Translations under genes and position numbers: made by a program
From: an uncultured Actinomycetota bacterium
GTDB taxonomy: Bacteria > Actinomycetota > Actinomycetes > JAHEKZ01
Direction: 5' to 3'
Assembly (NCBI GenBank): GCA_963718235.1
Contig: CAVQYR010000002.1
Location: 288,001-352,000 of the forward strand
Length of the DNA stretch: 64,000 bases
Shown here: piece by piece, positions 10,009 to 21,423 of the stretch
Layout of the letters: every line of letters begins with the position of its first letter
How positions within the stretch are numbered: position 1 is the first letter of the stretch
Notes under the pieces: model-generated
Database searches by the model: none
What the model saw: the letters and a program-made list of their open reading frames with translations, nothing else
What the model was told of the DNA's origin: nothing

Positions 10009-10437
10009 TCAGTCGTCGTCGGAGACCCGGCGCAGGCGCTTGGTCGAGGCGCGGCGCTGCTTGGCCGCCAGCCTGCGCTCGCGCGAGCCTGCGGTGGGCC
10101 GGGTGGGCCGGCGGGGACGTGCGGGGGCCCGCGTCGCCTCCCGCAGCAGGTGCACGAGCCGGTCCGTCGCGATCTGCCGGTTCAGGTGCTGGGAGCGCTC
10201 CCGGTCGACGTGCACGGTGAGGACGCCGTCGACGAGCCGGTTCGACAGTCGGTCCAACGCCCTTCGCCGCAGCTGCTCGGGGATCGAGGGGGACCGCCCG
10301 ACGTCGTACGACACGCTCGCCCGGGAGTCGGTCGTGTTCACCGACTGGCCCCCCGGCCCACTCGAGCGGCTGAACCGCCAGGTGAGCTCGCCGGCAGGCA
10401 CGACGAAGCCTGCGCGCACCTCCAGCGGCCCGGACAT
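10009..10437 (-). CDS. arfB: Alternative ribosome-rescue peptidyl-tRNA hydrolase
   Basis: FSRSSGPGGQSVN (GGQ), ERSQHLNR, basic tail RRPTRPTAGSRERRLAAKQRR. Confidence 0.93.
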   Translation of the reverse strand: MSGPLEVRAGFVVPAGELTWRFSRSSGPGGQSVNTTDSRASVSYDVGRSPSIPEQLRRRALDRLSNRLVDGVLTVHVDRERSQHLNRQIATDRLVHLLREATRAPARPRRPTRPTAGSRERRLAAKQRRASTKRLRRVSDDD

Positions 10438-10526
10438 GAGACCACTCTGCCGTAGCAGGGGGCTCGAACGTGCTGGTCGGAGCGGGTCAGGTGTCGCCGC
10501 CGGAGGGAACGGGTGAGGATGTCGGC

Positions 10527-12557
<2,031 letters not shown>

Positions 12558-12612
12558 AGGCACGCTCGACACGATGGCTCGAGCCGTCGTCAGACCCCAG
12601 TGGGAGGCCGCC

Positions 12613-13077
12613 ATGGCGTTGACCGAGCTCGATGCTGACCTGAGTCGCTGCGTCGTGGTGGGCGACGACGGATCCGCGGAGTCGGCCCACGCCGTCCGTT
12701 GGGCGGTGACCGAGGCGGCCGTGCGCGGCTGCACCCTGGTGGTCCTGCGTGCCTGGTCGCTGACGACGGCTCCCCGGCCCGAGTCGTGGCAGCCGGGATA
12801 CGTGCCGGCGGAGGACGAGTTCGCGCAGGCGGTCCACGACCAGCTCGCCGACGACGTCCAGGTGATCCTGGGTGACTCCCCGGGGGTCACGGTGACCTTC
12901 CTGCCCGTGCACGCGGCTGCGGACGATGCCCTGGTCGCGGCGTCCCGACACGCGCCACTCGTCGTCGTGGGTTCCCATGGTCGCCACCTGGCCCGCGGGC
13001 TGCTGGGTTCGACCGCCGAGCATCTCGTCCGCCACACCCACGGACCGGTGGTGGTCGTGCCGGTCACCGGCCGCTGA
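12613..13077 (+). CDS. Universal stress protein (USP)
   Basis: VVVGDDGSAESAHAVRWA, LVVVGSHG, LLGSTAEHLVRH; GGAGG RBS. Confidence 0.9.
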   Translation: MALTELDADLSRCVVVGDDGSAESAHAVRWAVTEAAVRGCTLVVLRAWSLTTAPRPESWQPGYVPAEDEFAQAVHDQLADDVQVILGDSPGVTVTFLPVHAAADDALVAASRHAPLVVVGSHGRHLARGLLGSTAEHLVRHTHGPVVVVPVTGR

Positions 13078-13110
13078 GCGGTCGGTTCGCTGTCGGTGAA
13101 CGAGGCACAC

Positions 13111-13134
13111 GTAATCGAGTAATCATGTAATCAT
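13111..13134 (+). promoter_or_regulatory. Triple GTAATC direct repeat (8-bp period), candidate operator
   Basis: gtaatc-ga-gtaatc-at-gtaatc-at immediately upstream of ATG 13141; AT-rich island in GC-rich DNA. Confidence 0.55.
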
Positions 13135-13140
13135 GAGTGC

Positions 13141-13689
13141 ATGAACCGACCATCGATGACCGAAGACGCTCCGGACCCGGACGCACTGCTCGGATGGTTC
13201 GCCGGGAGGCTCCCCAAGGAGTGGTTCCTCGGCGGGCCGACCGTCGAGGTCGACCGCGAGGAGATCACCGTGATCGGGGCCCTGTCCGCACCCGACCTGC
13301 CGACCGACGCACCAGAGGCGCAGCGGGCCGCGGCTCGGGCGGGGCGGGCCAAGGCCTTCCGAGAGGCCACCCGGGCGCAGCGGATGGCCATCGCCGACGA
13401 GGTCGAGCACCGCACCGGTCGCAAGGTCGCCTGGGCCGTGACCGTCGGGGCCGGGGTCGACGACCCGATCCGGTTCACCCACCTCGCGGTCCCGGTGATG
13501 ACCCGGCTTCGGCAGCCCGAGCGTCAGGTGCTCGACACGCTCGTCGACTCCGGTGTCGCCCGGTCACGGGCGGACGCCCTGGCCTGGTGCGTGCGCCTGG
13601 TGGGGCAGCACACCGGTGAGTGGCTGGACGAGCTGCGCACGGCCATGGCCGATGTGGAGCGGGTGCGCCGCACCGGCCCTGGAGCCTGA
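13141..13689 (+). CDS. Conserved actinobacterial protein with C-terminal ribbon-helix-helix-like segment
   Basis: GWFAGRLPKEWF...VDREEITVIG...PVMTRLRQPERQVLDTLVDSGVARSRADALAWCVRL (CopG/RHH-like pattern). Confidence 0.75.
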   Translation: MNRPSMTEDAPDPDALLGWFAGRLPKEWFLGGPTVEVDREEITVIGALSAPDLPTDAPEAQRAAARAGRAKAFREATRAQRMAIADEVEHRTGRKVAWAVTVGAGVDDPIRFTHLAVPVMTRLRQPERQVLDTLVDSGVARSRADALAWCVRLVGQHTGEWLDELRTAMADVERVRRTGPGA

Positions 13690-13785
13690 TCGAGGGCCCT
13701 GGTCAGGGTCCCGATCGGTGGGTCCTGATCGGGGTAGGGTCGCCTCGGTTCGACAACCGTGGCGATCACTCGGTGAGGTGAGTGC

Positions 13786-14547
13786 GTGGGCGTGCGCGAC
13801 CTGGCCTACGAGGCCTACGAGCGCCGGTTGCTGGCCTCGCTCAAGGACGCCGAGATCCCCCGGCACGTGGGGGTGATCCTGGACGGCAACCGGCGCTGGG
13901 CGAAGGCCCTGGGCACCGACAGCCGTAGCGGTCACCAGCGGGGAGCCGACAAGATCGCCGACCTGCTCGGCTGGTGCGAGGAGGCTGGCGTCGACGTCGT
14001 CACGCTGTGGCTGCTGTCGACCGACAACGTGTCGCGCCCGGCCGCAGAGCTCGACCCCCTGCTGCGGATCATCGAGAACGTGGTGGGCGAGCTCGCGGTC
14101 GCGCGTCGCTGGCGACTCAACCCGGTGGGCGCGCTCGACTTGCTCCCCGACGTCACGGCTGAGGTGTTGAAGGAGGCTGCGGCGCAGACGGCTGACATCG
14201 ACGGACTCCTCGTCAACATCGCGGTCGGCTACGGCGGACGACGCGAGATCGCCGACGCGGTGCGCTCCCTGCTCGCCGAGCACGCCGACAAGGGCACGAC
14301 GCTCGAGGATCTCGCCGCCGACCTCGACGTCGACCACATCGCCGAGCACCTTTACACCCGTGGTCAGCCCGATCCCGACCTGGTCATCCGCACGTCCGGT
14401 GAGCAACGGCTCAGCGGGTTCATGCTGTGGCAGAGCGCGCACAGCGAGTTCTACTTCTGCGAGGCCTACTGGCCCGACTTCCGACGGGTCGACTTCCTGC
14501 GCGCGCTGCGCTCCTATGCGCAGCGCCATCGCCGGTTCGGCAGCTAG
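13786..14547 (+). CDS. cis-isoprenyl diphosphate synthase (UppS family, short-chain Rv1086-like paralog)
   Basis: PRHVGVILDGNRRWA, LSTDN, GYGGRREI, PDLVIRTSGEQRLSGFMLWQS. Confidence 0.93.
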   Translation: MGVRDLAYEAYERRLLASLKDAEIPRHVGVILDGNRRWAKALGTDSRSGHQRGADKIADLLGWCEEAGVDVVTLWLLSTDNVSRPAAELDPLLRIIENVVGELAVARRWRLNPVGALDLLPDVTAEVLKEAAAQTADIDGLLVNIAVGYGGRREIADAVRSLLAEHADKGTTLEDLAADLDVDHIAEHLYTRGQPDPDLVIRTSGEQRLSGFMLWQSAHSEFYFCEAYWPDFRRVDFLRALRSYAQRHRRFGS

Positions 14548-14561
14548 TGACCCTGCACGCG

Positions 14562-14602
14562 TGCTGAGAAATCAGGACCGCTCAGGGGGCTCTGTCTCAG
14601 CA
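14562..14602. terminator. Inverted repeat after isoprenyl transferase (possible terminator or REP-like element)
   Basis: tgctgaga (14562-14569) / tctcagca (14595-14602). Confidence 0.35.
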
Positions 14603-14671
14603 AGGTTCGGGTCAGCGACTGACGGGCCCCCGCGTCCGGCGTGGCGCGCCCGTTCGGTGGGGCCGCCGTCG

Positions 14672-14852
14672 TAGCGTCGCACTGACGCGCGGACGCCCGT
14701 CGGCGCGTAGGGGAGGCCCCCTCGGTGCTGTCGTCGATGCGCGAACAAGACGATGAGCGGGGGCCGGCACCCGGCCCTTGGGGCCTGGTCCCGGTCCACC
14801 CTTCGTCACTGGTCGGGCGTGGTGTGCGCCTCGGTCGGGAAGTCCGTGATCT
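14672..14852 (+). promoter_or_regulatory. Candidate promoter (-10 TAGCGT) and structured 5' leader of phoH2
   Basis: TAGCGT 14672-14677; stems acgcgc/gcgcgt (14685-14708) and aggcccc/ggggcct (14714-14786), the latter enclosing tcgtc/gacga and gggccgg-cac-ccggccc (14761-14777). Confidence 0.45.
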
Positions 14853-16163
14853 GTGACTCAGGCTCGCCGTGACCCGCGCCGCACCTACGTCCTCGACACC
14901 TCCGTCCTGCTGGCTGACCCCGCGGCACTGCTGCGGTTCGACGAGCACGAGGTGGTCGTCCCGGTCGTGGTGATCACCGAGCTGGAGGCCAAGCGGTCCC
15001 ATCCTGAGCTCGGCTACTTCGCCCGGACGGCGCTGCGCATCCTCGACGACCTGAGGGTGCAGCACGGACGTCTCGACGAGGTGCTCCCGGTCGGTGGTGC
15101 CGGCGGCACGCTGCGGGTCGAGCTCAACCACACCGACCCGGCGGTGCTGCCCGCGGGGTTCCGGCTCGACGACAACGACAGCCGCATCCTGGCGGTGGCG
15201 CGCAACCTGGCGGCCGACGGTCACGACGTCACCCTCGTCTCCAAGGATCTCCCGCTGCGCGTCAAGGCCTCGGCCGTGGGGGTGGACGCCGAGGAGTACC
15301 GCGCGGAGCTCGCGCTCGAGGCCGGCTGGACGGGGATGGCCGAGCTGGAGATCGCGGGCGCCGACCTCGACCGGCTCTACCACGACGACGTGATCGACCT
15401 CGACGAGGCGCGCGAGCTGCCCTGCCACACCGGACTCGTGCTCGTCTCCGAGCGCGGGTCGGGACTCGGGCGGGTGACGGCGGACAAGCAGGTTCGTCTG
15501 GTGCGCGGTGACCGCGAGGCCTTCGGTCTGCACGGCCGCAGTGCCGAGCAGCGCGTGGCCCTGGACCTCCTGCTCGACTCCGACGTCGGCATCATCTCGC
15601 TCGGGGGGCGCGCCGGTACCGGCAAGTCGGCGTTGGCCCTGTGCGCAGGGCTCGAGGCCGCGCTGGAGCGGCGACAGCACCGCAAGGTCGTCGTCTTCCG
15701 TCCGCTGTACGCCGTGGGTGGCCAGGAGCTCGGCTACCTCCCCGGCAGCGAGGCCGAGAAGATGAACCCCTGGGGGCAGGCGGTGTTCGACACCCTCTCG
15801 GCGCTGACCACCCAGGAGGTCGTCGAGGAGATCGTCGACCGCGGGATGCTCGAGGTGCTGCCGCTGACGCACATCCGCGGACGGTCCCTGCACGACGCGT
15901 TCGTGATCGTCGACGAGGCCCAGTCGCTGGAGCGCAACGTCCTGCTCACGGTGCTGTCCCGGATCGGCCAGGGGTCACGCGTCGTGCTCACCCACGATGT
16001 GGCGCAGCGGGACAACCTTCGCGTCGGTCGTTACGACGGTGTGGTCGCGGTCGTCGAGAAGCTCAAGGGGCACCCGCTGTTCGCACACGTCACGCTGACC
16101 CGGTCGGAGCGGTCTCCGATCGCCGCCTTGGTCACTGAGATGCTCGAGGACATCACGCTGTAG
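14853..16163 (+). CDS. phoH2: PIN-PhoH family protein (PhoH2)
   Basis: N-terminal [12 protein letters not shown]...VITELE...DNDSRIL...LVSKDLPLR; C-terminal [30 protein letters not shown]. Confidence 0.93.
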   Translation: MTQARRDPRRTYVLDTSVLLADPAALLRFDEHEVVVPVVVITELEAKRSHPELGYFARTALRILDDLRVQHGRLDEVLPVGGAGGTLRVELNHTDPAVLPAGFRLDDNDSRILAVARNLAADGHDVTLVSKDLPLRVKASAVGVDAEEYRAELALEAGWTGMAELEIAGADLDRLYHDDVIDLDEARELPCHTGLVLVSERGSGLGRVTADKQVRLVRGDREAFGLHGRSAEQRVALDLLLDSDVGIISLGGRAGTGKSALALCAGLEAALERRQHRKVVVFRPLYAVGGQELGYLPGSEAEKMNPWGQAVFDTLSALTTQEVVEEIVDRGMLEVLPLTHIRGRSLHDAFVIVDEAQSLERNVLLTVLSRIGQGSRVVLTHDVAQRDNLRVGRYDGVVAVVEKLKGHPLFAHVTLTRSERSPIAALVTEMLEDITL

Positions 16164-17556
16164 GGCGGGTCATCCGCAACGGGTCGAGCGCCTCGTCGAG
16201 CTGCTGCTCGGTGAGGTGTCCTGTTGCGACGTGTCCCCGGGCGACCACGACATCCCGGATCGAGGAGCCCTCGGCCAGTGACTGCCGCACGATGGCGGCG
16301 ACCTCGTCGTAGCCGAGGTACCGGTTGAGGGCGGTCGCCAGAGCAGGGGACCGTTCGGCCGCCCTCCGCAGCCTGGCCACGTCGACGGTCAGACCGTGGA
16401 TGGTCCGGTCGGCCAAGACCACCACACCGGCAGTCAGCAGCTCGATCGACGACATGAGGTTCCTGGCCAGCACGGGCAGCATCGCGTTCAGCTCGAAGGC
16501 TCCCTGGGCACCGGCCGCACCGATCGCGGCATCGTTGCCGACCACCTGTGCGCAGACCATCAGCACGGCCTCGGGAATCACCGGATTCACCTTGCCGGGC
16601 ATGATGCTCGACCCAGCCTGAAGCGCGGGCAGGGTGATCTCGCCCAGACCTGCGGTGGGGCCAGAGCTCATCCAGCGCAGGTCGTTGCAGATCTTGGTGA
16701 GCCCGACGGCGAGGGTGCGCAGCTGCCCCGACAGCTCGACCAGCGCATCGCGCGCCCCTTGCGCCTCGAACGGGTTCCGGGCGCGACGCAACGCGAGCCC
16801 CGTCGTGGTGCTCAGCGCGGCGACCACGGCGTCGCCGAAGCCCACGGGGGCGTTGACCCCGGTGCCGGTCGCGGTGCCACCGAGCGGCAGCTCGAGGAGG
16901 CGAGGCAGCGTCGACTCCACCCGCTCGACACCGTAGGCGACCTGCGCGGCGTAGCCGCCCAGCTCCTGGCCCAGTGTCACCGGCACGGCGTCCATCAGGT
17001 GGGTGCGGCCGGGCTTGACCGTGTCGGCGTGGTGGATCGACTGGACCTCCAGCGCTGAGTGCAGGTGCCACAGGGCCGGGACCAGCTCGTTGACCACCGC
17101 ATCGGCCGCAGCCAGGTGGATCGCACTGGGCACCACGTCGTTGCTGGACTGCGAGGCGTTCACGTCGTCGTTGGGGTGGACGTCGCGACCCAGGCGCCGC
17201 CCGGCGAGGGTGGCCACCACCTCGTTGACGTTCATGTTCGTCGAGGTCCCCGAGCCGGTCTGGAAGACATCCACCGGGAACTGCCCGTCGAGCCCGCCGC
17301 CTGCCACCTCGTCGGCGGCCAGCGCGATCGCCTCACCCACCCCCTGCTCCACGACGCCGAGGTCGGCGTTGACCCGGGCGGCCGCCGCCTTGATCAGCGC
17401 CAGCGCGTGGATCACCGACGCGGGCATGGGCTCACCACTGATCGGGAAGTTCTCCAGCGCGAGCCGGGTCTGCTCACCCCACAGTGCACCGTCCGGCCCG
17501 GTGGTCGGAGGTGTTGGGCGGTCGTGCCTGCGTCTCGGGAGTTGGTGCCCCTTCAC
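16153..17556 (-). CDS. fumC: Class II fumarate hydratase
   Basis: [44 protein letters not shown]; GTG 17556 preceded by GAGGAG. Confidence 0.93.
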   Translation of the reverse strand: MKGHQLPRRRHDRPTPPTTGPDGALWGEQTRLALENFPISGEPMPASVIHALALIKAAAARVNADLGVVEQGVGEAIALAADEVAGGGLDGQFPVDVFQTGSGTSTNMNVNEVVATLAGRRLGRDVHPNDDVNASQSSNDVVPSAIHLAAADAVVNELVPALWHLHSALEVQSIHHADTVKPGRTHLMDAVPVTLGQELGGYAAQVAYGVERVESTLPRLLELPLGGTATGTGVNAPVGFGDAVVAALSTTTGLALRRARNPFEAQGARDALVELSGQLRTLAVGLTKICNDLRWMSSGPTAGLGEITLPALQAGSSIMPGKVNPVIPEAVLMVCAQVVGNDAAIGAAGAQGAFELNAMLPVLARNLMSSIELLTAGVVVLADRTIHGLTVDVARLRRAAERSPALATALNRYLGYDEVAAIVRQSLAEGSSIRDVVVARGHVATGHLTEQQLDEALDPLRMTRPTA

Positions 17557-17566
17557 GGTCGGCTCC

Positions 17567-18745
17567 TCAGGTGGGTAGGTAGAACGTGAGTAGGTCGGCG
17601 GCCTGTGGGGGGAACAGGACGTGCATGAGCGCCTGCTGGGCCCCCAGGTGCGCATCGGGGAAGCGCTCCTCCAGACCGGCCGCCCCGCAGCCGAACAGCA
17701 GGGCACCGAGTGCGTCGCCGGGTAGCCCCGACCCGCCCGCGGAGACCGGAGCCTGGAAGGGACCCCCCTCGGACACCGACCCCACCCCCTCCGGCCCGTA
17801 GTCGAACCTCAGGTGGCTGCGCCAGAACGAGATCAGGGCGGCCCCGTGCAGGTCAGGGGCGTTGGCCCGCAGGCGACGGGACAGCTCCGGCCGCAACGCC
17901 TCGAGCAGGTCTCGTGGGCGGGGCACCCGCACGTAGTACCAGTCGACACGTTGGTGGTCGGTGGTCAGCCGGGCGAGGCCAGGAACTCCGGGCCGGTCCA
18001 CCACGAGTGCGGGTTCGTGGCCGCCCTGCCGCTCGAGCGCCGCGGCGGCCAGTGCCCTCGTCGCCTCCTCGTCGCGGGTCGCGACCTCTCCGACCAGCAC
18101 TGCTCCGTCGTCGATGCAGACGCGTGCGGTCCCGACGACCGACCCCGACCGTTCGGCGACCCACTGCTGGGAGCCGTCACGATCGACCAGCCACGTCCAG
18201 CAGGCCGGCTGGTGCGGCATCGCGACATCGAACCGTGTCTGCACGGACTCTTGGAGCTCCGCCATGGCTGGGATGTCGTCGGCGGCTGCGGGCCGAACCC
18301 GGCACCGGCTCGGCGGGCCTGGGGCCGCGCTGCTGAGGCTGGCCCAGGGGTGCATCGGAATGGCATAGGAGTAGCCGAACTGCCGGTAGAAGTTCGGGAT
18401 CCCGATCATCACCTGGACGACGTGGCCGCGAGCCGCCGACCTCTCGTGGCACCAGTGCATCAGCGCCCGGACGAGCCCCTGGTGCTCGAAGGTGTGGTCG
18501 GTGGCCACCAGCTCCACCTGGCCGGCACGGAGCGTGACCGTTCCGACCCTGAGCTGCTCGTCGAGCAACGTCGCGGTCGCGGCCACGACACCGTCGACCT
18601 CGGCGACGGCCGTCCCGCCGAGACCGACCGTGTCCGCCACGAGCTGCATGTCGACCGCGTCGTCGTCGTCCCCGCGGACGGCCAGGAGAGTGCGGATCGC
18701 GGGGAGGTCGCCGGGTCGGGCTGCTCGGATGACCGAGCTGCTCAC
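17567..18745 (-). CDS. Double-GNAT (Eis-like) N-acetyltransferase
   Basis: [42 protein letters not shown]; second [16 protein letters not shown] repeat. Confidence 0.82.
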   Translation of the reverse strand: MSSSVIRAARPGDLPAIRTLLAVRGDDDDAVDMQLVADTVGLGGTAVAEVDGVVAATATLLDEQLRVGTVTLRAGQVELVATDHTFEHQGLVRALMHWCHERSAARGHVVQVMIGIPNFYRQFGYSYAIPMHPWASLSSAAPGPPSRCRVRPAAADDIPAMAELQESVQTRFDVAMPHQPACWTWLVDRDGSQQWVAERSGSVVGTARVCIDDGAVLVGEVATRDEEATRALAAAALERQGGHEPALVVDRPGVPGLARLTTDHQRVDWYYVRVPRPRDLLEALRPELSRRLRANAPDLHGAALISFWRSHLRFDYGPEGVGSVSEGGPFQAPVSAGGSGLPGDALGALLFGCGAAGLEERFPDAHLGAQQALMHVLFPPQAADLLTFYLPT

Positions 18746-19161
18746 TCCGGCGTCGCCTTGCTCGCCTGCACCGAGGCCTCGACAAGTCGGCGCAGCACCG
18801 AGGCGTCCACGTCACTGAGCGCCTTGATGTACAGGCACGACTTGCCGAGCGAGTGTCTGCCCAGCTGGTCCAGCAGGTCGCCGTGCTGGTCGAAGCCGTC
18901 CATCAGGTAGAGGGTCAGGCTCTGCTTGCGAGGCGAGAAACCCACGACCGGCCAGTCTCCCTCCCGACCGCTGGCGTACCGGTAGTGCTTGACGCCGAAA
19001 CCGACGATGGCCGTGCCCCACATGGTGGGAGGCTCGCCCGTGACCTGCGCCATCAGCTCGCACACTGCCTCGGCGTCAGCGCGCCGCCCAGGGTCGGGGA
19101 CCGACGCGAGAAAGGCCGCCACGTCGCCGTCGTTGCGTTTGGTCTTCGGCTCTGCCATCAC
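18742..19161 (-). CDS. DUF1801 (YdhG-like) protein
   Basis: VTGEPPTMWGTAIVGFG..HYRYASGREGDW..VGFSPRKQ..LGKSCLYIK. Confidence 0.9.
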   Translation of the reverse strand: MMAEPKTKRNDGDVAAFLASVPDPGRRADAEAVCELMAQVTGEPPTMWGTAIVGFGVKHYRYASGREGDWPVVGFSPRKQSLTLYLMDGFDQHGDLLDQLGRHSLGKSCLYIKALSDVDASVLRRLVEASVQASKATPE

Positions 19162-19236
19162 GCCTCCCGGCCCCGTTGTTGGCGACGAGCCTACGTCGAA
19201 ACACCCAGGTGCGACCGGGGTGAGGCGCCGGCGCTC

Positions 19237-20625
19237 TCACCAGGTGAAGCCGGGTGGGACCGGGCTACAGCCAGCCCTCGCCTGTCGGCGGAGGGAGAGC
19301 ATCTGGGGGCGGTAGTCAGGGTCCAGTGCCAGGTTGTCGAGTTCATAGGGGTCGGTGCGGTAGTCGTAGAGCTCCCGTCCCTTGTTCGCGGTCCACTCGA
19401 CGAACAACCATCGTCTGGTGCGCCACGCACAGTAAGGCGGGCTGCCCTGTGAGCTGAGTCCTATTCCCTCGAGCACGCTGCCCGACCTGGTTCTTGGCCG
19501 CAGAAGAGACGAGCCGCTGACGGGCTGACGGACTCGAGCCGCCCGGAGAATGGTCGCCGTGATGTCGACGTTCAAGGCGATCCGCCGGTCCTGGGTCCCC
19601 GGGTCCAGGTGGCCGTCCCAGCGGAGAAGCAGGGGGACCTCCGCCGATGATGCGTGCGGGACTGACTTGCCTGTCAGCCGATGGCTGCCGAGCATCAGGC
19701 CGTTGTCCGACGTGAAGACGAAGAGCGTGTTCGAGGCACGGTCCCCGAGAGCGCTGACGATGGCTGCAACTGCGTCGTCGACCGCCATGAGCGACTCGTG
19801 CTGAAGGGTCGTCTTTCGGGCGAGCCTCACCTCATCGAATGGTTCCAGCGCCTGCATCCAGGGTGGCTTGTCGGACATGTCGAGCTCGTTCACGTCCGGT
19901 GTTGTCGGAGGCTCCCACGGCCACGTGCCCACATCACGTGGCGCGGGTGTCATCGGACTGTGGGGGGCCATCGGGGTGAAGACCAGGAAGAGGGGTCGTT
20001 CGGCCGGCGTGCCCTCGATCGTGTCGACCGCCCGTGCCGCAAGAACGTCGGTGGAGTACTCGTCCGGAGCGCTCCCGTAGGGAATGTCGATGGTGGACCC
20101 GTTCGCCTGAGCTCGCAGCGTGTAGTCGTAGAAGCCGCCTCCACGCAGGTGAGCGACGAAGGTGTCCCAGCCCGGTGGCGTGTACCCAGGTTCGGAGTCC
20201 GCGAACTTGTTGAGGTACTTGCCGACGAGGGCTGTCTCGTAGCCCTTCGAGTCCAGCCAGGTGGCCAGCGTCCGCGACTCGGCGCCGCGTGCTTGGAACG
20301 TGGGCCATCCTCCATCGGGAGGCTTGTTTCCGTAGATGCCGGTCTCGTGTGAGTAACGGCCGGTCAGGAACGATGTCCGCGACGGAGTGCACAGCGGGCT
20401 GGGCACCATCGCGTTCGGGTAGGTCACGCCCTGCTGCTTGATCAGGGCCTGAACGGCGGGCATCGCGTCCAGACGGCCGAGGGGCTGGTCGTCGGTCATG
20501 ATGACCACGATGTTCGGCCGCCCTGGAGCGGCGACGGCCGCTGCCTCCGGGGCGGGTCCTTGGACACCCAGAAGTGCCCCGAGCAGTGCGACGGGTGCTA
20601 GGACCGCGCCAGGTGCTTTCGGCAT
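19237..20625 (-). CDS. Secreted formylglycine-dependent sulfatase (N-acetylglucosamine-6-sulfatase-like)
   Basis: Signal-like N-terminus, PNIVVIMTDDQ, LCTPSRTSFLTG (CxPxR), GKYLN, APHSP, FTSDNG, ELYD..DPYE..NLA. Confidence 0.9.
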   Translation of the reverse strand: MPKAPGAVLAPVALLGALLGVQGPAPEAAAVAAPGRPNIVVIMTDDQPLGRLDAMPAVQALIKQQGVTYPNAMVPSPLCTPSRTSFLTGRYSHETGIYGNKPPDGGWPTFQARGAESRTLATWLDSKGYETALVGKYLNKFADSEPGYTPPGWDTFVAHLRGGGFYDYTLRAQANGSTIDIPYGSAPDEYSTDVLAARAVDTIEGTPAERPLFLVFTPMAPHSPMTPAPRDVGTWPWEPPTTPDVNELDMSDKPPWMQALEPFDEVRLARKTTLQHESLMAVDDAVAAIVSALGDRASNTLFVFTSDNGLMLGSHRLTGKSVPHASSAEVPLLLRWDGHLDPGTQDRRIALNVDITATILRAARVRQPVSGSSLLRPRTRSGSVLEGIGLSSQGSPPYCAWRTRRWLFVEWTANKGRELYDYRTDPYELDNLALDPDYRPQMLSLRRQARAGCSPVPPGFTW

Positions 20626-20888
20626 GAGCCCCTCTGTCGGTCGTGCTGGCCCGGCTCCCGCCCCTGCCGGATGCCAAGCAGACTAGTGACCGGGTCGTTG
20701 CCCCGGGTGGTCAGCCTACGGGTGCAGACCCCCCGGGCCACGGCATCAGAGGTCGGGCTACCGGGAGTGGCAGCCCTGACGTCGCTGCTGTTGGGTGCGG
20801 AGAGGAAACTGGGTCGGCCCCCGAGCATGCCCAGCGCCCACCGCACTCAGGCACGAAGACCGGTCACAGCCGCATCCTGGCGGCGGCG

Positions 20889-21341
20889 TCAGCTGACCGA
20901 CGTCTCGACCAGCAGGTCGGCGAGGGTGTCGAGGTTCGCTCGCACGGTCCGGGTCTGAGCCTTGGTGATGAGGGGGTCGGCCAGTCGGCCGAACACGCCA
21001 CCGAGCCCGGACTCCGCGTGGATCCGGTAGGTGAGCCGAGTCCCATCCGACTCTGCTTCCAGGGCACTCGTGACGGTGAACGTCATCGGCCCCTCGATGG
21101 ACGTGTAGGTGACGCCTGTCGGTGACTCGAAGTGGGTGACCTCGGTCACCCAGTCGAACCGCTTGCCCATGATCTTGCTGGCCCCTTTGGTACGTGTACC
21201 CAGTCCGAGGGGTCCGTCACCGACCTGGTCCGCCGCGATCACCGAGGCGTCCCACACAGGGAGGTTCTCGGGGTCGATGACGAAGTCGAAGACGTCTTCG
21301 GGCGATCGGGCGATGAGAACACTGGCCTCGATGTCTGGCAT
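20889..21341 (-). CDS. SRPBCC/START (polyketide cyclase/dehydrase-like) protein
   Basis: IEASVLIARSPEDVFDFVIDPENLPVWD, GPLGLGTR, GTRLT, NLDTLADLL. Confidence 0.85.
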   Translation of the reverse strand: MPDIEASVLIARSPEDVFDFVIDPENLPVWDASVIAADQVGDGPLGLGTRTKGASKIMGKRFDWVTEVTHFESPTGVTYTSIEGPMTFTVTSALEAESDGTRLTYRIHAESGLGGVFGRLADPLITKAQTRTVRANLDTLADLLVETSVS

Positions 21342-21423
21342 CAGGGTGATCCCTCCAAGGTCGAAGCGTCGGTGCCGACGTGACACCGGTACCCAGCCTC
21401 GGTCAGGGGGCGTCCTGAAACCG

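Noticed and set aside
17557-17706. N-terminal extension of FumC in the ORF track
   Set aside because: Overlaps the GNAT gene; GAGGAG RBS supports GTG 17556.
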